Below the pieces are notes generated by a model. That model ran no database searches. It worked only from the letters and a program-made list of their open reading frames with translations, and was not told the origin of the DNA. From Octopus sinensis (Eukaryota), in the NCBI RefSeq assembly GCF_006345805.1, contig NC_042998.1, positions 168,268,001 to 168,332,000 on the forward strand: a DNA stretch of 64,000 nucleotides, in the 5' to 3' direction. Below, piece by piece: positions 1-12,855 of this stretch (the first letter of the stretch is position 1; each line of letters begins with the position of its first letter). The translations under genes were made by a program, and so were the position numbers.

Positions 1-186
1 TAGGTATTTCGTCTGTCGTTACGTTTTGAGTTCAAATTCCGCTGAGGTCGACTTTGCCTTTCATCCTTTCGGGGTCGATAAATAAAGTACCAGTTTCGCA
101 CTGAGGTCAATGTAATCGACTTAATACATTTGTCTGTCCTTGTTTGTCCCCTCTCTGTTTAGCCCCTTGTAGGCAATAAAGAAATA
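1..186 (+). mobile_element. tRNA-derived SINE, family A (octopus-type), 5' end cut by window edge
   Basis: Matches the family seen intact elsewhere in the window (gagttcaaattccgc..gaggtcgactttgcctttcatcctttcggggtcgataaa...) and ends in an A-rich tail. Confidence 0.85.
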
Positions 187-609
187 TTTGAATTTATAAG
201 AAATTTTGATGGAAGGTTTTAGATACATGTTTATATTCATGATTGACTATTGCAGTTAGATTATACTCTAATTTGTGATTTCTCTTATTGTAAAGAAAAC
301 TAAGATTTTAATGAATAAAAAATTTATTATTTCTCTAGCTGAGAAGGAGGGAAATTTGTTATTGTTCTCACGTATAATAAAGTCAACGACTGGAAAAAAA
401 TGGGATGTGTGGAGCTTATTGAGAAAATTTATTTGAACTGGTACAGTTCAAAAAATATCATAGCAAGAAAGAGCCAGATGTATAATATACACAATATTAA
501 AATGAGTGATTAAGCAATGATCAGCATAAGGTCCAGAAGGGAAAATTGAATGCGGAATAACCGAATCGATTAAGTAGTGAATTTAAGGATGCATAGGTAA
601 TAGTGTTTC

Positions 610-841
610 AGCCACCGAACAGTAGCGATGCTGGGGCACAGTCTTGAAGAGTTTTTCGTCGTACAGATCGATCCCAGTACTTATTTTAAGCCTGATGAGT
701 TTTCTTCTTTTGCCGAACCGCTAGCTTCGGGGACGTAAACAAACGAATACCGGCTGCCAAGCAGTAGAGAAACAAGGGGAAAACACACGTATTGATACAC
801 ACACACACACACACACACCCACACTCACACACTCACAGAAT

Positions 842-889
<48 letters not shown>

Positions 890-1055
890 GTATATGTATA
901 AACAACAAGCTTCCACACAGTTTCCGTCAACCAGATTCACCCACAAAGCGTTGGTTGAGTCTATAGTAGATTTGCTTAAGATGAGACTGAACCCAAAACG
1001 ATGTGGTTATAGGTGTGAGGTGAACAATTGCATCTTAACCACACAGCTATGCCTG
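610..1055 (-). mobile_element. Degraded SINE family B (CORE-like composite SINE with internal microsatellite)
   Basis: Diverged match to copies at 8484 and 46021: gatcgatcccagtacttatt, ttgccgaaccgctag, (CA)n/(TA)n spacer, ccagattcacccacaaag. Confidence 0.7.
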
Positions 1056-1269
1056 CACTTATGGTGCTGGAAGAAATAGAATGACTGGATAATCCTTGAT
1101 GCACACGACCCCTTTTGAAAAGTGCCAAATAAAGTTGATTCTATCTAATTTTACCTCTCCATGAACCTTAGCTTAAGCATTCACTCTTCTTGGAATCCAA
1201 GTATTATGCTTTTGTATTCTTTGAATTCTAATTACATTATAATAAATATGAGCAACTATTGAAAGTCCC

Positions 1270-1530
1270 GAGTATGACTATAAACTACATCCAGTAGTGG
1301 GACCTGGGGCCCTGGTTTCAGGGTTTGTGGAGTGTGGAACCATCTCTTAGCCACATTTGTACCCAGGTCTACTCTGGCCTGGAGTTGTAGCACCTGTAAC
1401 GGTCCCAGCTGTAGGTTAACTAGCAAACACCACAGCGACTGGAGGTGGGGTCGGTAGAATGCAGTCGCAGTATTCCCTACGTGGCGTAAGAGGCAACTAA
1501 AATGGATGGAAGCGAAGGGATTGGGAATCC
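1270..1530. repeat. Probable interspersed repeat fragment (SINE/RTE-related)
   Basis: GC-rich island containing ccctacgtggcgtaagaggcaactaa, a motif I recall from invertebrate retroelements; family not verified. Confidence 0.3.
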
Positions 1531-2139
1531 ACTCCTCCTAGTAATTTCATATTCCTAAAAAGACAAGAAAACGATAAAAAAAGATACTATATATTTGTGA
1601 GGCTCAAAGAATCATTATACAACCAACTTTAAAACTTTATGTACATCGCATAAAGCAGTTTACATAAGAAGTGAATGGGACAATTGTTATTTGAAAAAGG
1701 TATTGCTTTATTTTATCTGGTTATTTCATTCGATGTGTATTCTGTTTAAAATTTCTGACTATAGGTAATGGAAAATTGAGGAAATACAGTATATAAGCGA
1801 CTTTATTTGGCGCTCTCATTGAGACTGAGAGCGTTTACCATGAAAACGGAAGCTCACGCGAGGTATCTTCTAATGAGGAAATAAAGAGGCATAGTTATTA
1901 AATGGGACTTAACGGAGCTTCCAGTCAAGTGATTTAGATTCTGAATCAGCTCGATATTTAGCTTTATCACTGAAGCGTGGAATTATTTATTGTTGATGTT
2001 TACACACAGAATTAGCCTTACATAAGTTGCTAAAATATGCAACTTCATTCGGTTATTAAATTCAGAATTATGACATTTTCGAATTTCACATATTACGTAG
2101 TAGTCATTATCCTGTTTACATTTATATATATATATATAT

Positions 2140-2296
2140 ATGAATAAAAAAATGGAGTTAATGCAGGTGTAAACAAATATTTTTACTTTCGACACATGTT
2201 TCGAAAATTCCGCTGATACTATTCAGTGGAATTTTCGAAACGTGTCGAAAGTAAAAATATTTGTTTACACCTGCGTTAACTCCATTTTTTATTCAT
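2140..2296. repeat. Near-perfect palindrome (about 77-bp arms, 6-nt loop)
   Basis: atgaataaaaaaatggagttaatgcagg...ttccgctga / tactat / tcagtggaattttcgaaacgtgtcg...ccattttttattcat. Confidence 0.95.
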
Positions 2297-2488
2297 ATTA
2301 TTCAAATATTCAACGTAAATGCGAAGTTTCTACCTTTATAAACAAGGAGTTACAACAACTTTACTTGTGAGATTTTTGCTGCCCTGGTAACTATTTATAA
2401 TTTTCCGTGTTAATTGTTAACAAGGTAAAAATACACTCATCTATGTATATATATATATAATATATATATATATATATTATATATATAT

Positions 2489-2558
<70 letters not shown>

Positions 2559-2691
2559 TGTATGTATGTATTTGAAAGTCTTTGTGGGGTATATTACCGT
2601 TGGATCTACTTCCGGAACTCTGCAGCGTTAGTTGAGATAATAATAATTTCTTAAGTAACCAGAAGATGGTTTTGGTATTAATCTTTATTTT

Positions 2692-2792
2692 GTACAGCGG
2701 TCGTTTCGGCCCATCCTGCTAATGTCCCTTATGGATGGGACTCCGTTCAACGTGTTTTTCATCCATTTTGCAGTCTGGGTCTCATCAGGTAC
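2692..2792 (-). ncRNA. Degenerate minimal type I hammerhead ribozyme motif
   Basis: Minus strand reads gtac-CUGAUGA-gaccca...ugggcc-GAAAC-gacc-GCU-gtac. Stem I gtac/gtac, stem II gaccca/ugggcc; U16.1 is replaced by C. Confidence 0.6.
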
Positions 2793-3106
2793 ATCAATAC
2801 ATAAAGTTGTGTCTCGCTAAAGATCTTGAGCATTGGCTGTCATGTTGTTATATGCCCGTCTGGTTAGGGAATGAAACATTGCTACAATTTTCAGGTACAA
2901 TTATCTTTCTGTAAGAATTGCAAATATTTGTAAATATAGGCAAATAACTATTGATAAAAAAACCCAGTTATTTGCCTATATTTACAAATGTTTGCAATTC
3001 TTATAGAAAGTTAACAGTAATTGAAAATTGTAGCAATGCTTCATTTCCTAACCAGACGGGCATATAACAACATGACAGCCAAAACTCAGGATCTTTATGT
3101 ATGGAA

Positions 3107-3210
3107 GTACCTAGTGAGACCAAGACTGCAAAATGGATGTAACACAACATGTTGAACAGAGTCCTACCCATAAAGGACATTAGCAGGATGGGTGGAAACC
3201 ACCGTTTTAC
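3107..3210 (+). ncRNA. Degenerate hammerhead motif (mirror arm)
   Basis: gtac-CUAGUGA-gaccaa...ugggug-GAAAC-cacc-GUU-uuac. GUU triplet intact, CUGAUGA scrambled. Confidence 0.45.
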
Positions 3211-3266
3211 AAATTAAAGATTAATACCAAATCCATCTTTTGGTTACTTAAGAAATAATTATTATC

Positions 3267-3777
3267 ATTATTATTATTATTGAGTGAGAGAGCAGTTCAT
3301 GCCATCAAAGTGACACTGGGGTAAAATATACGAAGCCCAATATACCCATCATGACTACCCGTCTGATAAGGGCACACCAGGCACATGCATCACAACCATA
3401 TGTGCGCGACATGGTGATCTCATATCAAGAAAAACTGCACATGACCTTGCAGGTGGGGCCCAGTTAGAATTTTCTTTAGGTTGAGTAGCCCATCCCACTC
3501 AAACGGTCCCTGAATAAGGGTTGTTTAAGGATGTTGAAAAAACCACCCATGTCTCCAGAGGTGAATTATTCAAACCCCAAAGAATCCCTCTCAACACATG
3601 GCTATGATGCTCCCCCACTACTTCTGCTCGTGATCAGAGATGCACATATCGTCAGCCACTAAGGGACATGCTCAACTGGTTAAGGTCAAACAACTGACAA
3701 GCAAATCTGTGGTATTGAGCAGAATATTTGCTGTAGCCCATCTTTTATACCAAGACAAAACAATGTACATGATAACG

Positions 3778-3780
<3 letters not shown>
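3267..3780 (-). mobile_element. Octopus-type interspersed repeat, probable LINE 3' UTR with (TAA)n tail
   Basis: About 500 bp non-coding block ending on the minus strand in ctctctcactcaataataat; recognised from memory as an abundant octopus repeat. Confidence 0.55.
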
Positions 3781-3847
<67 letters not shown>

Positions 3848-3855
3848 TTATTATT

Positions 3856-4201
3856 GTGGAGGCGCAATGGCCCAGTGGTTAGGGCAGCGGACTCATGGTC
3901 GTAGGATCGGGGTTTCGATTCCCAGACCGGGCGTTGTGAGTGTTTATTGACCGAAAACACCTAAAAGCTCCACAACGCTCCGGCACAACTTTCTCTCACT
4001 CTTACTTCCTATTTCTGTTGTACCTGTATTTCAAAGGGCCGGCCTTGTCACTCTCTGTGTCACGCTGAATATCCCCGAGAACTACGTTAAGGGTACACGT
4101 GTCTGTGGAGTGCTCAGCCACTTACACGTTAATTTCACGAGCAGGCTGTTCCGTTAATCGGATCAACCGGAACCTCATCGTCGTATCCGACGGAGTGCTT
4201 C
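3856..4201 (+). mobile_element. tRNA-derived SINE family C
   Basis: Head ggcgcaatggcccagtggttagggcagcggac with A box and B box (gtttcgattccc); homologous copies at 13774 and 9803. Confidence 0.9.
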
Positions 4202-4209
4202 AATCCAAA

Positions 4210-4342
<133 letters not shown>

Positions 4343-4610
4343 TTACTTTTAATCTGCATCCTTGTTACAGTCACTTGCCTAGACACACCCAGTGTGGGGC
4401 GAGTGAAGTATAAAAGATGTTACAATATGACTGAAAGCAGTTTCAAATATATATACATATACATATATATATATATATTATATAAAACTTCAATTATCCG
4501 CACTAATGGTCGTAACCTCAACCGTGATTTTTCTGTTGTGATTTTTGCTACCCAGGTATCGGTTATAATTTGAATAATCCGTAACAAGATAATTCATTTA
4601 TCCATTTCAT

Positions 4611-4646
<36 letters not shown>

Positions 4647-4663
4647 AATATATATATATTGTG

Positions 4664-4747
<84 letters not shown>

Positions 4748-5540
4748 ATGCATGTATATATGTATGTATATTATATATATATGTTTTTAAGTGACTGAAA
4801 ACCTGACTTTAGAGGATTTCTTTTAGGCTATGAAGTTTAGAAATTTCTTTCCACCATTACAGATGTAAACTGATGCAGTTCCAAATGGGAAATGAAACCC
4901 AAACAAGAAAATAATTTTGTAAATACAGGTCATCATACTCAACCAGTTTCATGAAATAGTATACTCCTCATCAGTATTGTATTTACTAAGGGGAAGACAT
5001 GTAAACGTTTCTGTGTAGTCACTTTTGCATAAAACATCTGTAAAGTATGACTTTTTTCTACAAACCATTCATGTATAAGAGTAGCTTGGTCAATAGTCCA
5101 TAAAGGACCGCCTGTAGCGAAAAATGGCTCAAAGTTGTTGGACTAAATTAGTTTCTTTTGCCGCTAACGTTGTTTTTACATTTGTACAGGCGAGATATTA
5201 AAGAAAAGAAACATGTACAGGAAGTGAATTCTACAGAGCAGAGAGAAAGCCTATACCATGGCCATGTTATTTTACACAGGTGGATTGCTTCGTGTGTTAG
5301 CTATCAGGAGACAGATTAGCAGGGAAAATGCCCGGCGCAAGTAAATACATTTCGAGATATATGCTACAAAAGACGTAAATACAGTTTGAGATACCTGCTA
5401 CAAAAGAAACTGGAGCCAGAATAATATTAAGAGACATGCTCATATTCATAATTTCAGAACTATAGGATTTCTGCGAGACTAGTTTATTTCTGTCTAATCT
5501 TTAACCACAGCCAAAACAACAACAATAATAATGATAATAA

Positions 5541-5962
5541 TAATCCTTTCTACTATAGGCACAAGGTCTGAAATGTCGGTGAGAGGATTAAATCGGCCCC
5601 AATGTTTCACTAGTACTTAATTCACTAGTACGAAAAGATGAAAGGCAAAGTCGACCTCGGCGGAATTTAAACTCAGAATGTAACGACGGGCAAAATACCG
5701 CAAAGCATTTTGTCCAACGTGCTAATGATTCTGCCAGCTCGCCGCCTTAGATAATAATAATAATAATAATAATCTTTTCTGCTATAGGCACAAGGCCTGA
5801 AACTTCGGGGAGGAGTGAGTCGATTATATCGACCTCAGTACACAACCGATACTTAATTTATCAACCCCGAAAGAATGAAACGCAAAGTCGGCCTCGGAGG
5901 AATTTGAACTCAAAACGTAGCGACAGACGAAGTGCCGCTAAGCACTTGGGCCGGCGTGCTAA
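5541..5962 (-). mobile_element. Two tandem family A SINEs (5541-5746 and 5771-5962) separated by (AAT)n
   Basis: Both carry aaaggcaaagtcgacctcggcggaattt-like cores; the first has an intact head (ctgccagctcgccgcc). Confidence 0.85.
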
Positions 5963-6016
5963 TAATAATAATAATGATAGTAATAATAATAGTAATAGTA
6001 ATGGTAATAGTAATAC

Positions 6017-6052
<36 letters not shown>

Positions 6053-6075
6053 TGATGATGATGATTATGATGATT

Positions 6076-6113
<38 letters not shown>
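5960..6113. repeat. Compound (AAT)n/(GAT)n microsatellite
   Basis: Direct reading; source of the spurious poly-N/D and poly-I/M ORFs. Confidence 0.95.
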
Positions 6114-6114
<1 letters not shown>

Positions 6115-6669
6115 TTTTTCCTAAACTCTGAACTTAGAATATTTCAAGATTTGAGTTGAAATAAACTTCCCTTACATTTAATGATATTAACAATTGGGCC
6201 CATATACCTGACTGGTACTGGAAAATACAGTGTAGTTGTTAATCTCTCTCTCTCTCTCTCTCTCCCTCTCTCTCTCTCATATATACGGGAGTAAACACAT
6301 GAATGTGAAACAAGGTGGTAAAAAGAGTACTCAAATACCAGAGATAGAGTTATATGCTTTATTTAAAAGCAGCAGAAATATAACAAAAGCTGTTACTCAG
6401 CTTTTATTATATTTCTGCTGCTTTTAAATAAAGTATATATATATATATACACCGTATGAAGACAATTACCGCCTAGGACAATTACCTCCCCATAGGACAA
6501 TTCTCCCGACCACAACTATCCCACGACCTGGTTAATTACCCTCTCTCCAATATATTAATAATTTTAAAATCATCATCTGCTGTCCTCAGGTGTTAATGTC
6601 CATGGGGATAAATGTCCTAGATTCATTTATATATTCGGGTTTTTATCTTTTATTCTTTTTTTATTTATC

Positions 6670-6704
<35 letters not shown>

Positions 6705-6725
6705 TATTATTATTATTATTATTAT

Positions 6726-6769
<44 letters not shown>

Positions 6770-7504
6770 TCATTAATTTTTGTCAAAAACACATTCAGAC
6801 ATGTTTACATCTATGATTGATGCAGTTAAACTACTCTGGAACGATGAAAGACAAAGATGACATTGGCGGAATTTGAACACAAGGTGTAAGGAATACTGAT
6901 ATACTGACGCTCTAGCAATTCTGCTAATCCACCGACCCTTAATCGTTTATATATAGTCACAGGCCAAAAATTTGAGTAGAGTGGTATAATCGATTACATT
7001 GATCTTACTACTTGACTTGTACTTATATTATTCCCCCCCCCCCAAAAAAAAGGATGAAAGATAAATCCGTCTCAGCGCGATGCGGGATTTGAACTCAGAA
7101 CAAATATCGCATGACATTTTTCCAACGTTCTAATGAACCTGCCGATTCACTACATTGAAAGATAAGAATTCAATATTCTCTTCTTTGTATTTAGGATTTT
7201 CTTTTGTGTTCCTTTGTGTAAAACATTAGAATAACCTATCATATCTTCTCGCCCTTCGGGGTTAGTTTGTATAATAAAATAATGTAACCCTACCCACAGT
7301 CTTCTGATTGTATTTCGCCTGTTTGGTAATGTAATATTAGATCTCCGTTAGGTTCTTACATGAGCGAATGAAGAGCCTTAGCATCTGTGCATGTATCTGT
7401 AAACCCTTGCACACGCAAACATACACCACATACATACGCACATACATACACTTACATGTAGTTCCTCACACATCCGTAAAGATATAATCACACATACAGG
7501 CATC

Positions 7505-7590
<86 letters not shown>

Positions 7591-8483
7591 GCTCGCGCAC
7601 GCACACACGCGCGCGTGTGCGTGCGAGGGAGCGTTGAGGTATCTTTGTGTAATCATCACCAAGCAAACTCCTTCAGGCATCAGGCGGCAGGGGCTATTAA
7701 CTTCCAGCAAATGGCTAGTCACCTGGAAAGGAAAGACGCCAGTGCTGACACGACGTATCATGTTACAGCCGATCTACTTGGCCCAACTACACACAACACA
7801 AGAAGACGCTGCAACAGCAGGTATACCAGTTAAGCTATCCTGTATCACAGTTGACACTGAAGCTAACGCATGTTTCTTACTTGTAGCTTCAAAAACACTG
7901 CAGATCTGCACCTGTTATACACAGACGGTTGGCTTATAGTAGTGGTTGTAGAGGTAGCTATTTTTTCTTTCTGTTTTTTTTGGGGGGTGGGTGGGGGGTA
8001 ATACTTCCTTGCACCTGCAACGGTCATTTTAGTTTCCCGTTGAGATTTTCAAATTCCTCTTTCCACATTCAAAGAATGTCACCATATTATTACGGCTTAC
8101 CAAAATAAAAGGCTTCCTATATTCTACCATCATTCGGAGAGGTAACAACATGCAATAAGTTTAGTCTCTAGAATAACCAAAATTAGTTCATTTAAATCGT
8201 TGCCTGACTACATCAGTCATATAGAAAAACCTTATACAAATCTACGTTGAAAGAACAAACGATAAAGAGAAGAAGAAATAAATAATAAAAAGCGAAGGAT
8301 TCGAAAGAACACTGAAATAAATATATGATCACATAATGCATTCGATGCAGGGAGGGAATATTCGACATTTTACAAACTTAACACAAAATCCGTTAAAAAT
8401 TTTCCAAAGAATATTGATGTTTTATCTTCATGTTTTCTGTAAGTGAATTATTTACAAATCTGAATGCTATTAGAGTGTAATAA

Positions 8484-8878
8484 CTCTCTTTTACTTGTTT
8501 CAGTCATTTGACTGCGGCCATGCTGGAGCACCGCCTTTAGTCGAGCAAATCGACCCCGGGACTTATTCTTTGTAAGCCTAGTACTTATTCTATCGGTCTC
8601 TTTTGCCGAACCGCTAAGTTACGGGGACGTAAACACACCAGCATCTGTTGTCAAGCAATGCTAGGGAGACAAACACAGACACATACACACACATACATAT
8701 ATATATACATATATACGACAGGCTTCTTTCAGTTTCCGTCTACCAAATCCACTCACAAGGCATTGGTCGGCCCGGGGCTATAGCAGAAGACACTTGCCCA
8801 AGATGCCACGCAGTGGGACTGAACCCGGAACCATGAGGCTGGTTAGCAAGCTACTTACCACACAGCCACTCCTGCGCC
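8484..8878 (-). mobile_element. Full-length SINE family B
   Basis: Minus-strand head ggcgcaggagtggctgtgtggtaagtagcttg, CORE-like ttgggcaagtgtcttc, internal (TA)/(TG), tail gactgaaacaagtaaaag. Confidence 0.92.
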
Positions 8879-8950
8879 TATTGATGTTTTGAAATACAAT
8901 GACAGTTGGAACTTATTTTTATTGTTAGCGACAGAAGCAATATCAGTACC

Positions 8951-9453
8951 AAAAGGCAATCTTTATATCCAACTTAACGTGCTTGTTTTGTTCGAACGCT
9001 GAATACTGCGTAATTTACTTTGATAGTACCTCTCATATGGATGCAGGGTGCATAAAAGCACACATATTTATATCGTTGGCAGGCGAGAACCTTTTTGCTG
9101 CGGGTGCCAGAACTTCACGTGAGCTCGACCTATCCGATCTCCTCACTGGTAGGCGTCCGGTAGCCATATACCAGCGGAATCTCTCTGCCAACAATATACA
9201 GAATTTTTATGTCTTTTCAGGCACTGATGTCGCACATAATCAGTTGACTTGTCGAAAATTATTATTTACGACAGAAACAGTATTAATACAAAAAGCCAAT
9301 CTTTATATCTAACTTAACGTGGATGTATTGTTAGGACGCTGAATATTGTGTTATTTATCTCGAGAGGATCTCTCTAAGGAAGGCACGGGATATAAAAGCA
9401 CACATGCGTATATCGTTAGCAGACGAGAATCGCTTGATCCGGGCTCCGGAACT
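8951..9453. repeat. Diverged direct duplication, period about 340 bp (8951-9115 versus 9291-9453)
   Basis: aaaaggcaatctttatatccaacttaacgtg...ataaaagcacacat..tatcgtt.gcag.cgagaa...gaactt occurs twice. Confidence 0.85.
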
Positions 9454-9802
9454 TTTGTTTTATAACTAGCTTATAGATTTCATTTTCTTAAGCGGGTATT
9501 TGTCTCTACAACACTTGCAATCCGCTGTACCCACCCCTCGCTTTTTTATCACCTATCATCTAACATAAATTTCGATACGAAATTGTGTGAATTAAGCTCT
9601 AATTTTTGTATGGATAAAGATGAGGTTTCAAATATAGGATTAAGATGAAACAGCAATTTTTAAAATTTTGTTGAACATTCCATTCCACCGAACGTGTCAT
9701 GTGTGCTGCTGGGGATAGTTAAGTCAAGCTGTTTCGTAATATCACGTGACTGACCTGACTATCAGATGTTGCTACACATCGCTGGTCACAATGCGCTTCG
9801 CT

Positions 9803-9986
9803 AAGCGAGCAGGCCAACAGAAGAAAGAGTGAGAGAAAGTTGCGATGAAAGAGTACAACTGCGGGAGCCTCGTGGAGCTTTTAGGCGTTTTCGCTCTCTA
9901 AACACTCACAACGCCCGGTCTGGGAATCGAGACCACGATCCTTCGACCGCAAGTCCGCTGCCCTAACCACTGGGCCATTGCGCCTC
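9803..9986 (-). mobile_element. SINE family C, 5' part
   Basis: Reverse complement of the 3856 head (ctaaccactgggccattgcgcctc). Confidence 0.85.
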
Positions 9987-10460
9987 AACGTTTCGTTATT
10001 ATACATAATATTACAATATTATCAATTTGATGACATTCATTGAATGTGGAAAGTTGTCTTCATTGAACTAGCTTTTTACACATTCGCATATGAGATTTAC
10101 ACCTAAATGCTAAACCATATTTAATCAGTGCTGCTCATTTACATTGTACATAAATTATGACAGGCTGTCAGACAAACTACAAGATACTTATAAACACGCA
10201 CACACACACACACACACGCGGCACGCGCAGATACGCGTGCATTCACACATACATACACACCCACGCCCACACACATATATACACACGCAAGCAGGCACGC
10301 GCACACATAAATTCACAAAAAACACCCTTCCTCATGCAGGTACATATGTGTGTTTCTGTATGTGCGCGTGTAAAATATATGTCCGTACACACACACACAT
10401 ACACACACACACACACACATACACACACACACACATACACACACATACGTACACACACAC

Positions 10461-10511
<51 letters not shown>

Positions 10512-11199
10512 GCCTGGATTTTTAAACCCCTTGTTTCTTTTTTTAAACGCACACACACTCATATATATATACCTGTATATGTATCTATGCGTGTTTGTGT
10601 CTGTATGCTTATTATACACACACATACACAATCCACTCACACACACTAAGTCACACACGCTCATATATATGTAAATAAGCACACACACACAAAGGTACAC
10701 ATATGGAGAAATACTAACAAATACACTGCATAAAACATATGGTTATATATTTGCCGGCGAAAATAAAACAAAATAAAATAAATAAAATAAATAAAGAGAG
10801 TGACTGAAAGAAAATACAAACGAACATAACTGATAGCTTCGGAATGATAAACAGAATAGGTAGGCTACTTAAGAAATGTAAATGAATAGAGCCGAACTAA
10901 CATATCCACATTTCATTAAAAAGCCATTATATTTACACCTGATATCCTTATTTTTATTGAGTATTAACAGATACACGTTACATGAGACACTGCGCTCGTG
11001 GCCAAAAAAGCTCTTAAAAATCTGAGTTTGCGATCAGGATTCGATTCTCGGTTTAAATTATCACAGTTCACCGTTGATCTAAAGCGGAGCTCCACCCACT
11101 TTTTGCACCACGGACTGAAAAATCACGCGCATAGCAAAGCACAACTAAGTGCATAATGCATATTATTTCTTACATACTTGTACACACACACACACACAC

Positions 11200-11315
<116 letters not shown>

Positions 11316-11331
11316 TATATATTACATCTTT

Positions 11332-11375
<44 letters not shown>

Positions 11376-11386
11376 CATCTTTATAC

Positions 11387-11434
<48 letters not shown>

Positions 11435-11466
11435 CATCTTTATACATGTGTGTGTATATATATATA

Positions 11467-11500
<34 letters not shown>

Positions 11501-11514
11501 AACCACATATATAG

Positions 11515-11705
11515 GTACAAGGGCTGAAATTTTGAGGAAAGGGGCTAATCGTTTACATCGATCCGAACAACCTGCTAGTACTTATTTTATCGACCCCGAA
11601 AAGCAAAGTAGACCTCGGCGGAACTTTGAACTCAAAACATAAAGCCGGAAGAAGCACTGCTAAACATTTTCTCCGGCGTGCTACCAATTCTTTCCAGCTC
11701 ACCGC
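11515..11705 (-). mobile_element. Degraded SINE family A
   Basis: tttatcgaccccgaaaagcaaagtagacctcggcggaac...ccggcgtgctac. Confidence 0.75.
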
Positions 11706-11716
11706 ATTTATAACAC

Positions 11717-12117
11717 ACAAGCAGTATCGCCTGGCGTTGCTCGGGTTTGTAAGGGAAATAACTATATAAGCATTTTTAGAGAGTTACAGCCAAAAAATAG
11801 CAAAAAAATGCATTAAAAATGGAAAAAAAATTACGGTAATTTTTTTTTAAATCGTTGACTCATCGTAGACATTTTTAGAGAGTTACTTCCCTTATATAAT
11901 AGCGAAAAAAATGCATTAAAATGGAAAAAAATTATGGTAATTTTTTTTAAAATCGTAGACTCGTCGTAGACGCGCGCTAATACCCAGAAGGGCTCGATAT
12001 GAATCATGACTATAAGATACCCGGTTTTGGTTAAACTGCACCGCAAAATGTGGGAGTAGTTAGGAATCTAAATCGTAGGAGACAGACACACAACCTCTCT
12101 TTTATATATATGAAGAT
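11717..12117 (+). mobile_element. Non-autonomous Helentron/HINE-like rolling-circle element
   Basis: 5' acaagcagtatcgcctggcgttgctcggg (subterminal stem-loop), internal 100-bp-scale duplication, 3' ttttatatatatgaagat; second copy inverted at 44301-44699. Confidence 0.65.
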
Positions 12118-12815
12118 ATATATAATACAAAAATATATTGCAGACTGCGTTAGTCAATAAAAGCGAATACAATTTTTAAGTATATTCTCTCTGTATGGCC
12201 AGGTACTGGTATTGGTCTGCGGTTGGTACTGGTGTGTAGCCTGATAGGTACGCTGACAGAAATGTCAAAGCGTCGGGCAGGCTGCATATATTTATTATAT
12301 TTTGTTTTTAAAGAACAATCTGAATACGTGTCACTCCATGTATGAAATCACAATGTTGGCATTTTGGTTCACTCGGTTTTATGTTTCAAAGAATTATGGC
12401 AAATTAATAAATGTTGGTGTATGCTAATAAATGTGTTTTTTATTAAAACAATATAAAAACAAAGTGCACGCCACTTCTTATATTTCAGAACGTAGTCGCA
12501 AGCGAACAGCTATGTTCATACGACAAAAACAATCACTAACAGGTGACAAACACCTCAATAAAATGAACAACAAAGTGGAAAAAAATAGTGCAGAACGGTC
12601 TAGCACGAACCGGGCCATTAACCTCTGTATTCAATTTTTAATCTAAGCAGACATTTGATTCTCTTTTTATCTTTTCATTATACTGTGTATATTTTTACTT
12701 ATACTCATTTGCATTTAATTAGAACATAGAACACGTAGGAAGATGGTGGCTATGACCGATACAGCAGACTAGAGCTGAAAGGACATATATATATATATAT
12801 ACAGAGAGAGAGAAG

Positions 12816-12855
<40 letters not shown>

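Larger units (their letters stand above)
2636..3266. repeat. Large foldback element (about 310-bp inverted arms, 16-nt loop)
   Basis: 2636 gataataataatttcttaagtaacc...ggcaaataact is mirrored by agttatttgcc...ggttacttaagaaataattattatc ending at 3266; roughly 85% arm identity by eye. Confidence 0.95.

Noticed and set aside
1440-1510. Possible HDV-like ribozyme around cgtggcgtaagaggcaactaa
   Set aside because: I could not build the nested double pseudoknot by eye; the copy is degraded.
2445-2560. Recurrent single-base interruptions in (TA)n and (TG)n tracts (tatattata, tataatata, gtgtggtgtg) throughout the window
   Set aside because: These are most simply long-read consensus indel errors or slippage, so no biological pattern is inferred.
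5150-5330. Possible piggyBac transposase remnant (FYRAERKPIPWP)
   Set aside because: The motif match is too short and broken to support; no TTAA termini were found.
10982-11114. 133-nt minus-strand open segment between an acceptor-like tttttcag and a GTAACG donor, phase-compatible with the 39108 exon
   Set aside because: The plus strand resembles a decayed tRNA-SINE head, the donor is weak and phase compatibility has a one-in-three chance.
12280-12470. Weak inverted similarity here and at about 37990-38285
   Set aside because: The sequence is AT-rich with low identity, and no ribozyme core or termini are visible.
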